The notes under the pieces are model-generated. The model made no database searches. It was not told where the DNA came from and saw only the letters and a list, made by a program, of their open reading frames with translations. Shown one piece after another: positions 53,001 through 64,000 of a DNA stretch of 64,000 nt. The position numbers and the translations under genes were made by a program. Numbering within the stretch: the first letter of the stretch is position 1; every line of letters begins with the position of its first letter. The stretch comes from Phallusia mammillata (taxonomy: Eukaryota). The stretch lies in the NCBI GenBank assembly GCA_965637545.1, contig OZ281498.1, forward strand, positions 3,410,001 through 3,474,000, written 5' to 3'.

Positions 53001-54909
53001 ATTGATTTAGCCCCTGCAGCTGATCACCAAACTGCAGGTGGGAGTTCAAGTTCACCAATGTTGGCACCAAGGTCCCGACGAGAAGTTGCACCTGATTGTG
53101 GCATGAGGTCAGTTTTGAAACGAAACTTTTTTTATCTTGCCACATGAAAAGCAAATCTGTACAGTTCAAGGGCAGATTAATGTAACCAAAATTTATCTAT
53201 TTTGCAGAAGCAATACGAACTCTCTCAGTCGAAATGGTCCGAGCACAGATGAGCACGTCAACACCATGCGGTCACAAAACACGACAAGTTCAGCCTCAGC
53301 GGATGTCACCAAGCCATTTACTGGTAGGTTTTTATTTTTTTGTAACATTTACCAAAGGCACTAAAAAAACATTTTTTTACACCAATATACTGGCTCTGAT
53401 TTTTTTGCTCAGAACATTTTTTTTATTTTAGCACTGACAGCAAATGACTTGAAACCCCGAAGAGCTAAACATGGCTATGTCAATCCTGTGGCCCCACTGA
53501 AGCCAACACTTCCTTATGCAATGCAACCTCCATCATCCAGAGGCAATAGCAAGCGACATACTAATGCCCCTGTATCCCCCACTATATCACCACACAAACA
53601 GGTAAAATAAGATTGGAAAAATGTTACTATGTTAGTTTAAACTAGTGAGTTTTAACAAGCGTTAAGAGATGGAAAACAATTGACCTGATTTGTCTTTATT
53701 GCTTCTAAATGTTATGCATATATGCTAGTAGCAAACTGTTAGCAGGTTTGTAGACAATAAATTTATGATGGCCTAGTTTTGCAGGACAAGTTTGTTAGAA
53801 AAAAGTTGGTTTTGATAAGGTTAACTGTTAAATATATCTGTTAAAAACATTAAAAATAGAAGCAAGTTAATGATTTTGCATTCGTTTACGCAGCAAGCAA
53901 GGATGACACCTCCACACAGTTCCAGGTCAACCTCATCAACTCCTTACTCTTCCCTTAAGAGGACTCCAACATCTTCAAGGAGTTCATCATTGAAAAGAAA
54001 TAGACAGAGGTTTAAATTAAAATCTATTTTCTTTTTCTTGAAAAATGGGCCCCAGTATTTCATGTTCCTTTCTTTTGTTTTAGATCAAAGTCCGATGTGA
54101 GTTTGGTTCAAACAGAATTAGATAAGTTCTTTTCCACCATGGGCATGGGTGAATACATTATGTCCCCCCTCCCCAACTCAACGGACACTCTGTTTACCAC
54201 TGCTCATGTCAGCAGTGAATCTGACTTCTCCTTTGCAGGTAAGCGTTTTATGTTACTGCTACAAAGCATTTATCAAGATAGATGGAAAGTTTAGTTCAAT
54301 TGATTAACACTACCGCTTGGTCACATAAGGCATCAATGTTCATTGTGGGTTTTATGCACTAGTGATAACATGGGCTATATTGGGCAACAAACAACACCAT
54401 TTGTTTGGCCAAACTGAGTTACATCAATTTTTTGGCGCTTCTATTCAGCAAAACCTAATTTTTTTGCAGGCGCTTCGGCGTACGTACGCGACGGCCCTGA
54501 CGAGACTGTGCCAATGGATATCGACCCGATGACAGCCAGCTTATCACAAGTACCAGCAGTCAGCATCATCGAAAAGAACGCACGTATAATGCGATGGCTA
54601 GTAGCGTGCAAGAAGAGCAACCCAGTGGTGCAGTCATCCAGTAACAACCCACCAAGGTCTCCTCGTATGCCTGTTTCGGTTCCCCACAAAGACAGTATAA
54701 TGTCCTCCAGCCATCGCAAAAACTCTTCACCAAATCTGCCTTCCCGGCACGCAGTACGAACTTACGGCGTGGAGCCTACCCATCACAAGGTACATACCCG
54801 TACTCAGCATGGCATGAATGCAAGGCACCACACACCTCACCAGCCATGGACCACATCACCTCCACCCATTCCACCTAGAGTTGGACTGCCCAAAGAGTCT
54901 GATGTGTAA
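50063..54909 (+). CDS. FAM110: FAM110-family protein, ~1080 aa, 11 coding exons
   Basis: N-terminal PTRMMNRSSDY...TAAERLEADKLKYVKS; C-terminal RSKSDVS..ELDKFFSTMGM and SIIEKNARIMRWL match recalled FAM110 motifs. Exons 50063-50168, 50277-50375, 50452-51561, 51769-51896, 52017-52173, 52462-53107, 53208-53323, 53432-53601, 53894-54009, 54084-54238, 54470-54909; total 3243 nt, phases consistent. Confidence 0.8.
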
Positions 54910-57901
54910 GGAATGCGCCTGCAAAGTATGCATTGGTAAGCTTTGCTTCACTTGCTTTTGTTTTACATCTTAAACTAAGCTTGCGGCTTCTGCGATCGCA
55001 TGTATGGGCTCAAACTGGCAATACTCGATGTATGCCATCATGACATTTCATTACCAATCCGAATCTAATGCAAAAAAGACTGTCAAATCCGAAAAAATGT
55101 ACTTTTCCCATGAAAACTTGCTGGTATAAATTTTTTTAAGCAAGTCGAAAAATAGGAACCCCAGTCTCTAGCGAGATCAGCATTTCAATTTTAACAGTCG
55201 TGTTTATTGTTTTGATCTTGTTGTCTATGTAGCAACTTTTGTACTTATCAGTCCGCCATAGCTCTCCCCAATTAGTGGTCTGCCAGACGCGGCGGTTTTA
55301 AATCGTAGCTTCCGATCACAAAAGTCGGTGTGTACAATCGTCGCTGGTTTGTTTTGACAATCAGTGAAGGTGCAAAGAAACCCAAACCGGTTCGCTAGCC
55401 CGACGCGCACAAAGACAAGTGATGAGCCCCCATTGATGCATTGCCCAGTTAGGACTCGTCCGGAATTTAAAATATTTTCCTGTAACAATCGAAGCATGTA
55501 TAGCTCAGGGCAACTACTCGAGTCGGGCTGTTAACAGCTAACCCATGTCGCAGCGGGTTTCCTGTGAGATAAGACCACGGCATTTTTACACAGCGTTATT
55601 TGGTTGTTAGTTGTCACTGCAAATTTTTCAACGACCTGCAGTTCAGATGTGTGCTACTTAAACGCATGGTGTGTGGTACTTAAATAAAAGGGGGACCATG
55701 CATGTTTGATAGTACTTTTTAAAACCCTAATCCAAAAGTGGTTTAAAGTGATTGCAGTAAAGAAACTTCTAGAATAATTTTAGACAGACAACCTTTGGCC
55801 TTATGCAGCTGGTGACGCGTTGCGGTTTCCGAATTTCCTTTTAACTTTTCACGTTTAAATGTCGATCTTGCCGTTCGCATTTCGTTGTTTAGCCTATCAA
55901 CACAGTGTGCATTGGTGCATACGGCCAACTTAGCCATTAGCGCTCCCAATCGCATGGATTCGGCGCACACCCAAACGCCAATTTCCTCAATAAGCTTTTG
56001 TTCCGCGTCTGTCATGTGGAAAAGTACAAACTTTGTGCCCGACTGACAAACAAGGCGGGTGTTAACGTGCTTGTATAATGTTCACATTTTCGCCCCACTA
56101 CTGTTTAAGCAGAACCGTCTGTTTTATTTAAAAAAAACATTTTTGCGCAAGTGTAACACCCACATAAAACTGAATCGCGTTGCTTTGCCGAAGGCTATAA
56201 TACTTCAAATGCAGAGTCCAAGGGAGGTCTTCAATCATCATGTTATGTTTCCGAGACACGGTGCTCATTTTTAAGCACCCACGGCAGATGTGTGATCTCC
56301 CACTAAACCGCTAATGCATCCGACTCTGTCAAAACGAAACATAAACTCGTTGTCAAGGCTTGGTTACGGGCAAGACGCATATCAGTTTACACAATGCGCG
56401 GATGCCTTGAGCCTTGTCATGTGTGTCAAAACATTCAGCGTTTTGTAAAACTGGCCACAAAAGCGCAGGGGGAAAGTCGGTTGCTCGAGAAATTAAGACG
56501 TGCCTTCAATGCACGGTAGTGGGCAGCAGCATGCCGCAGACGCTTTGCGCATGGCTGAAATCGTGATCCTGCAGCTAGCCATATAAGGCGTGAAGTTATG
56601 CCTGACACAACGCACACAGGGATTGCTTCTCAACAAGCCGTGACCACTAAAGAGACGCTTGCGATTTTAATTTGAACTTGTTACAAAAAAAGGCCGAATA
56701 ACTTTTAAATATATCGTCACTCAGGTAGGCAAAACCACAACACAAAGTCTAACCCTCACTGATAAAAGTTTGTGTTTTCCGTTCCTTTGTTGTACATCTG
56801 TCAGTGTGTTGGATTACCTCAGTGGTATCTGGTTGCGTAAGCTACATCACGCTTGAAGTCACAAGGCCTTATATCCCTTCCAGTCAGGAAACAAGTCTAA
56901 ACCATGTCGAAATATCAGCCAGTCAAAATTTAGCATTGCGTGAAACAGCAGCAAAAACGGAAAAGCGCTTGATCTCCAATGACGTTAATTGACCAGAGTG
57001 ACGTAGGCTAATGACGCCAGCGCCCAAGTAACGCACCCTTTTGTGTTCTGTCCAGGTGATAGAGCCTCCAAACGATGTTGCACATGCAGAGATCTACCTC
57101 CGCCAGATGGCGCTGTGACCGTCGCTCAATGCTGCTTCTGGTGTCCAATCGTATCTTTTCTTGTGCGATACCTTCCAAACTGAACGCTGTGCAAATGTTG
57201 CGCACATGCATTCTTGTTATAATTACTTACCAGTCGTAGGTGTCTAAACTGTTCGTTACGCGTTTTGAAAATCAACACACCGAAAATATCCCGCCAGGTG
57301 ATTTTCTTGTTCCATGTTTTTATGGCGGTTGAAGGCGCAATTCCACTTTTTCTAGAGTGTGCTGCCTGTTTCATAACCACATACAGTATTATACATGTAT
57401 CTTGTTGTTAGTGTTGTAAGGTGGCCACAATTCGTTTGTCCGCGGTTTTCGACGATTTCTTCCTGTGAAAGTTTTACGTTTTTGTGTCATTCGCCAAAGC
57501 CACATGCAAGTGCATCTGTGCAAATATCGTTTTTATACATTTTCAACCCCCTTTTTCCGCTCAAATCAAGTTCTCCAAATTAATAATGCTGCTAGTTAAA
57601 CAATCCAATCAAATAAACCCATAAGCGTAGCGTCTTGCAGTTTGATGAGTCCTAGTCGGTTTCACTTGGTATCTGTTTTACGTATCGCCTCTTGTGCGCC
57701 ATCATGTGGTGCAAATCATCTTAGTTTTTCGCCTACATTTCTTTTTTCGTTTGTTTCACGCTTTCGGCTTTCGAGCAAACTACAATAAAACCTACTTTCG
57801 ATATCGCAATGTTCTAAATCTAATAAAACAGCGGGTTAACTTGGAAAGCAAGAGCAACTTGAATGAATTTACATTGTGGTAGGCCAAAATCGGGACGCGG
57901 T

Positions 57902-58127
57902 TGGACCAAAAAAATGTCCGGATCAGGCGAAGATCCGGATTAACCGATGTCGATTAGTTAAACCACATTACAAATAATATGTATCTCAATTTTTGTCCGA
58001 ATTAGACGAAGACCCAAATTAAACGAATCCGGTTTAACAGAGGTCTACTGTATGTCATTTGTAATGTGGTTCTAATCGACATCGGTTAATCCGGCCCTTC
58101 GCCTGATCCGGATATTTTTTTGGTCCA
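57902..58127. mobile_element. Fold-back/MITE-like inverted repeat with ~72-bp arms, downstream of the cathepsin C stop
   Basis: 57902-57975 versus the reverse complement of 58057-58127: TGGACCAAAAAAAT(G/A)TCCGGATCAGGCGAAG..CCGGATTAACCGATGTCGATTAG..AACCACATTACAAAT; no clear TSD. Confidence 0.75.
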
Positions 58128-58681
58128 CTTTTGGCAGCAGCACTGGTAAAATTGCCTCAGCAAGTAAAAACACACGGAGAGAACATTGGTTATATGAGAG
58201 TTGAACAATGTTTGCACGTGTGTGTGACAAAGAAGTCGATAAAAAAATCCGACCAACAACGGTACACAACTCTCACAGCAGCTCACATATATTTTGTCAT
58301 TATCTACAAAACTAATGGCTACATCTGCAGGAAAAAAAACGAAAAAAGGAAATGTTTGTATGACCATAATTTGTTTGCATAACATGGGGAGGTCGTTGCG
58401 ATTAAACTAACGCTACTATTATGGGATTTTTCAGAGCCTTGTGAAGTTAATGATGAACACATAATAATGATATGTCGTCTTACAAGTGAATACTTCCATT
58501 GCCGCTGTGTCACATAAAACATTGGTTTGCACAGTAACAATAAATCATAAACACAACAACAACAACAAAATGACATTCATATGTGTAGTAGAATTTTGCA
58601 CATGTGTAGTGGAGAGATAACTCAAATCAAAAATCAAAAATGAATGAATATAAGCACAATGGAATGAATATTGCTGGAAAT

Positions 58682-61600
58682 CTATTGCAACTGGGGAATA
58701 GGGAAACTTTGCTGAGCAAGACTTTCAATTGCTATTTCGTCAGTTCCACGCCGAATTCGCACAAACCCATTTTCACCCCAAGCTTCTCCCCAGCTGTTCT
58801 TTACGATCCAGTATTTTTCACCAGTCTTTTGGTCTGCTCCGTATCCCACCACCAGTACGGCGTGATTGGTCAGTTCAAACGGGTTGAAGCCCTCTGTGAC
58901 CGATGATTGGTCGACACTGGTCACGTGGTGGTAGATACCAGATTTGTATTGCTGGAAGTCGGGGTAAACCTGAGAGCAAAATGTGACATTAAATCAAAAA
59001 AAACTTTAAGGGAAGAGTTTACTTTAGTTTTTACATGTGGTATGCAAATAGACACGACCTGTGAAGTTGATAAAAGACCCAATGTTAAATGATATTTCTA
59101 TGTGGTTTAGCAAAACTATGTAAGAAGGAACGAAAATGCTTTGAATTGTTAATGGAGGAAATCGTCGAGAAAGCACTGCTTTGAATTGAACTGTTTATAT
59201 CTTGTTTTGGTTAAACGCGACGAAAAGAATACGCCTTGTGCTAAGGCAGTGGTCTTCAACCTTTTTTAAAGGCGACCCCAATTTAAAAGAAAATTAAATC
59301 AACATTTACATGCGACCCCATTTTTTCCGATAGGGAGAAAAATGTTTGTAGTAATGCAGAAACTGAAACTATTTTTATGTAAATATGACCGCTCAATTTT
59401 CCAGTATACTTTAACTATTTGCATTCAGCGTGCGTTATTACGCTCAAATGTTAGAGCCCAAACGTTTTATTTAATTTGACCAGTCTAATTCGCTTTATAA
59501 AGCTCATCAGTTTGCAGAAATCAGTAAATTCATGTATATTTCCCTGTACCCGCTGTATTATTTTGGACACAATATGTCATTAATGGGGCTCTATGGCGTA
59601 ACAATGGGTTAGATGACTTGTGTTTCATAATGGATTACTGCATTACAATGATTAGATTGTGACCTGAGCTACCAAGTTATACTGCAGAACATGAGCAAAG
59701 GTTGCGAACTAGAACAAAAACGTATCATTTTTTGGTAATAAATTTAAACGCTGATAAATTGAATTGATAGCGACCCCAGAAAAAGTTTAGGCGACCCCAC
59801 TTGGGGTCGCGACCCACAGGTTGAAGACCACTGTGCTAAGGCATGCCCGACATTGGGGCCTGTACTCAATATACCCAAGAAAATGGTAAATTAAGCAAAA
59901 CAACATTTCGGTCAGTTAGAAATAAGGAAGCTCATTGTGCAACTTGGGCAGGAAATAGTGAAGGAAAACAAAAATACGTTTTGATATCACGTTTTTAAAT
60001 CGGCACTCTTCCGAGCAATTTAGGCTCAGATTAAATATTAACAGCCAGGGAAACAAATCGCTTTTATTTATGGCATAACAATCGCCTTGTTGTAAGCCTG
60101 ACAACTTGGTTTTGGACGTATTTTTTTCATAAAAATCGTGTCTAACATACAGCAGTTGGTAACTTTTCACACGACACAAATCTAGATTACGCGTTTTACG
60201 ATGTTGATAGTTCCGTTGCGTGCCATGTTGCCAATATCACGTGACTGTCACGAGACTGTACCTAACAGTACCAGTACATATCACATGACACAGCCAGCAA
60301 CCTATTGTTCTCCAACAAAACACATACAGAATAATAGTCACATGTGGTCACCATAAAACAATCAAGTGGGTAGGAAACAATTCCCTTTAGCCTACTGGCC
60401 TTTTATAATACATTTAAATGGTTTACCTCAATTGCAACAGCCATTGGTCCATAAGCCACTAGGTCTTCCATCATTTTGGCTTCTGAACAGGCTCCATAAT
60501 AACCACCAACGTACTCATACTTCTCAACATAATGCCTCTTGCAGTTTTTAATGGCCATAGAGCAGGTTGGTGTGTCCTTGCCCTCATAAGGATAGCAATG
60601 CTCCTCAACAACACCAAAGTCCTGAGCATATTTGCCAGCAATAAGGTAGGGAAAGCCACCTTCACAGCCTGATATACATAACAGTTTTGTTAGAGTTATG
60701 AAAAAAGCAAAATATAAATGACTTGTAAACATACCTTGTGCATATTGACTGCAAGAAACAACTTCCTGAGGTGAAAACACAGGTGTCTGTGTGTTGTTGG
60801 TCATAATACGAACTCTGGCTTCCAGCATACCCATAGAGGCAAAAGCATAACAACTGCCACATTGTCCCTGCAAGTTTTCAAGATCATTTGACAAGGCTAT
60901 ATATATCTTGCAGACTTGAATTACAGTTAACACAAACCATAAGAACATGACAACAATATTTTAGATTTCATTGCAACCCCAGATCAGCTGCAAAGTTGAC
61001 ACAATGTAAAGATACACATATTCCTTTTTTTGCACTAAACAACAAACCTGATTGCGAACTGGTGACACAAAGTCTTGATTATTTACTTTTCTCCAATCAA
61101 AAGACTCAGGCAGCTTAGCCTTGATGTATGCCTGCTTTGCTGCATCCAATTCTTTCACATGGGTGGGTCTATAAAAATGCATTGACAATTTGTAGTATAT
61201 TTGTAGATTACCTCATTTTGCAACTAAATAATGTTACCTTACTATTCTTCCATTTCCATACCCTGATCTTCTTAGTACTTGCTCGTAAGTCATTGTGGAC
61301 AATTCAGGATAGCTTGCTGCTTTCCATGAATTTTGGGCTTGATTTAGTTTCTCAATAAATTTTAAATCATTTTTATATGGAAGCTGAAGCACCTTTTCAA
61401 CCCTGCGCATAAGTTGCAATGATGAATTAATATGTGTACTATATTGCCTTTGTATGTCAGTTTTTGTATTATATTTTGCCCCTTGTTACCTCAACATCTC
61501 AGGATGTAATTAGGTCTTTAAACAATTACATCCAATACTTTGAACAATTACATCAAATACCATAAAACATCTTTGCAGAGATATAACATGAAAATGTCAT

Positions 61601-62383
61601 GACTCATGAGTTACTAAGCGATTTTGATAATGTTTTTTTGTTGAAGGGTATTGTGTTTTCTTAAGAGTGTAAATAAAAAAGCTGCAATGTTTTTTAATTC
61701 CACAAACTTACTCAGGTGATGAGTATTGATTTGGCACAATATTTCCTTTCCAGTTGGCCATTTGAAACTCCTGACCAGGAAGTTTTGGGGCCTGTTTCAC
61801 AGCAATGAAACATGCCCAGTCATTTCCCAAGAGGTCATGGGACCAACCATACATTGTTCTGTTGCACCAGAAAATTGACTGTGATTTGTCCATTGTTTTC
61901 CACTCAAAGAATGCAAACAACTTTCTGTAGGCAACAGTTACCTCAAAACCCTAAAAACAAACACCAATTAGAGAAACATTTTAAACACAGTTTAGTCCGA
62001 ATGGTACAAACTACAACACTGTATATAAATGGGCCTAAATGTTATAAATGTAAATATGAGGTTTAACCTGGTTGTAAATAAGATTGAAGGTTCCAATCTG
62101 CTTATCATTCTCCTTCACAGCAGTGTTATAACTGGACAGAGTAAATGGAATCACCATGGTGACTGGTCCTGAAATAAAGTGTATACAATTAGTTGAAGAG
62201 ATTAACATAAGTTTGTACTACCATACCTGGATTAGAACAGTCCAGCGTGTTATCGTGTCCTCCTTCAGAAAAGTAGAAATTCCAGGTTCCTAGCAAATCA
62301 TCATGTGTGCAATTTGCTGGTGTGTCTGCACATGATGTGGCAAATAGTCCGCAGAAAGTAACAAACAAAAACGAAATCAGCAT
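58682..62383 (-). CDS. CTSC: Cathepsin C (dipeptidyl peptidase I) preproenzyme, 481 aa
   Basis: Signal peptide then DTPANC exclusion domain; [18 protein letters not shown] (catalytic Cys), [17 protein letters not shown] (His), WIVKNSWG (Asn). Exons 62383-62227, 62168-62068, 61950-61712, 61402-61238, 61168-61048, 60867-60735, 60668-60427, 58969-58682; total 1446 nt. Confidence 0.97.
59247..59833. mobile_element. hAT MITE (Buster-type), 587 bp, in the last cathepsin C intron
   Basis: Perfect 16-bp TIR CAGTGGTCTTCAACCT; perfect TSD TGCTAAGG; GCGACCCC subterminal repeats. Confidence 0.92.
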
Positions 62384-62994
62384 GTTTATTTTTAAATTGG
62401 CTAAAATAAAATCTATACTTGACAAAACCATATAATCTTTTTAGTGAACTTAAAAAATACACAAGGCATTTTACCCTAAGGCGTGCAAATTGCTAAAAAG
62501 AATGTGCGTTTTTAAGATGCATAAGAAATAGTGAAAGGTAAAATAGATTTTGATTTGAACTAATTCAAAAGGGTATGCACACTTGAATTTAAAACAAATT
62601 AAGTTAAAGTGATAAAACAATAGTTAGAAATACAATATTTGTCAAATATGTTTACAGCAAGTTGCAATATATTCACTTCTTTATGCAAAAAAACAGCAAT
62701 ATTGGCATGAAAATAATAATTGAGGTGTTAAATAGCCTGAGTTTGAAGTACAGATAATATTCGATTGAGTAAATTTAGTGAAAATATGACACAACAAAAT
62801 CATTCCAATAACAAAATGTGCATAAACCTATAAAATCAACATAACCTACTATCACACCATAAATAAAGGCACAAACTAATAAGTTGACAAGGTGGCAAGA
62901 GTTGTTATGCAGTTGCAATTATATCTTGTTTCCTGAGATAAAGTTTTGTTAATATTTACACATATTTAAATAGTAGAACTGTATTACATCTAAG

Positions 62995-63819
62995 TTAAAT
63001 GTTTGTTCCCCTTCCAAGCAATGTGCGCTTCCACCCTTCGGTGTCAACTTCTGGGCCTGTGCCATTATATGCTGCAGGAAGTTTGGCTGGATCAACAACT
63101 TCATGCAGTTTCTCATAACTGTTTCCAATCACCCTTAACCTCTTTCTAGTCTTTTCTTTCATGAAGGGCTGAACTATCTTAAAGAGGACATCAAATACAG
63201 TTGGTTCATTCACAAGACTCACACACTTGACACGGACAGGCAAGCAATCCTGAAGCAAGTTTAGAAATCGTTTGGCTGAGGCTGGGCCCATCTGTTTTGC
63301 TAAATCTAGGTCCATGTAAGATAGATCTTCAATGACAGTCAAGCCATGAATTTGCATTTCTTCATTTTCTAGCATTTTTTCCACAGTCAAAAATAAGCCA
63401 GCTACAAAGTCTGTAAATATCATGTCTTTTTGTTTACCAGGCCTCCCCATAAACAATGAAGTTCCATCTTTCCCTCCAGAAGGCATGCCAAAAACACATC
63501 CAGCATCAAGGAGAGGTGTCAGAAGTGTTGGATTGTTGACCTTTTCAAAAACTTCTGACCAACTGTTTCTTTGTTTGTGGTAGTTCAACAGCATAGCAAG
63601 GGCTCGATCATGATCGAACTTCCTTGCCCGCAGAAACCGCAAAATGAAAGCATCATCAGAACAGTGCAACTGATAGCCTTTTTGGTTTTTCGAAAAGCTT
63701 TCTCTCAGTTTGTCAATAGCTGCAAGTCGTTCTGTATTGTCCTCTGGTTCATTTAACTCTTCCATAGCTTTGGCTAATAAAGGTGCACTCAGTGTGCATT
63801 CATAGCGCTTAACAGACAT
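62995..63819 (-). CDS. CRAL-TRIO/Sec14-like lipid-binding protein (alpha-tocopherol transfer protein/CRALBP/clavesin-like), intronless CDS, 274 aa
   Basis: CRAL-TRIO_N motif DAFILRFLRARKFD; Sec14 domain EEMQIHGLTVIEDL, LQDCLPVRVK, PFMKEKTRKRL, LPAAYNG; splice acceptor ~18 nt upstream of the ATG. Confidence 0.9.
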   Translation of the reverse strand: MSVKRYECTLSAPLLAKAMEELNEPEDNTERLAAIDKLRESFSKNQKGYQLHCSDDAFILRFLRARKFDHDRALAMLLNYHKQRNSWSEVFEKVNNPTLLTPLLDAGCVFGMPSGGKDGTSLFMGRPGKQKDMIFTDFVAGLFLTVEKMLENEEMQIHGLTVIEDLSYMDLDLAKQMGPASAKRFLNLLQDCLPVRVKCVSLVNEPTVFDVLFKIVQPFMKEKTRKRLRVIGNSYEKLHEVVDPAKLPAAYNGTGPEVDTEGWKRTLLGRGTNI

Positions 63820-64000
63820 TGTTGCCTATTTACAGCCCTGTAAACAAAAGTCATACGGTTACAAAAAAGGTTTCTTTCCAAATCAATACAGACACCAAGT
63901 GTAATATCACTACAGCAATACAGAGTTGAAATTTTAGGTTTGAAACAGAATAGCAGTGGAAAGAAAAAAAGATGTGTAAGTTGCACCTATATAGGTTATT

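Noticed and set aside
54906-54943. GTAAGG and GTAAGC donors at and just after the FAM110 stop, suggesting a further exon
   Set aside because: No convincing in-frame downstream exon found; it may be a 3'-UTR intron but this is unsupported.
55743-56015. 90-aa ATG-initiated minus-strand ORF (MTDAEQKLIEEIG...) between FAM110 and CTSC
   Set aside because: No recognisable homology or gene-structure support.

Overview
Eukaryotic, AT-rich, compact animal genomic DNA. Many 60-70 bp introns, vertebrate-like intron positions and a mosaic CpG pattern suggest an invertebrate chordate such as an ascidian; this is an inference and the species is not identified. Seven protein-coding genes were assembled by hand from GT/GC-AG junctions with frame-consistent phases: a ~26 kb WNK kinase gene (+, ~22 exons), an atypical GPI-type acetylcholinesterase (+), intronless NDUFS7 (+), a Rab43/Rab19-like GTPase (-), a very large multi-exon FAM110-family gene (+), cathepsin C (-) and an intronless CRAL-TRIO/alpha-TTP-like gene (-). 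Introns and intergenic DNA hold at least eight non-autonomous hAT MITEs (three of them nested), two fold-back elements, a tRNA-like/SINE head and a 138-bp tandem duplication. The most unusual locus is WNK. It has an apparent extra (third) CCT-like domain, a block of symmetric phase-1 cassette exons carrying kinase-docking and phosphorylation motifs with clustered Rbfox sites, and a 9-kb CpG-rich intron that may contain internal promoters for kinase-less isoforms. All gene models are sequence-only predictions without transcript support.
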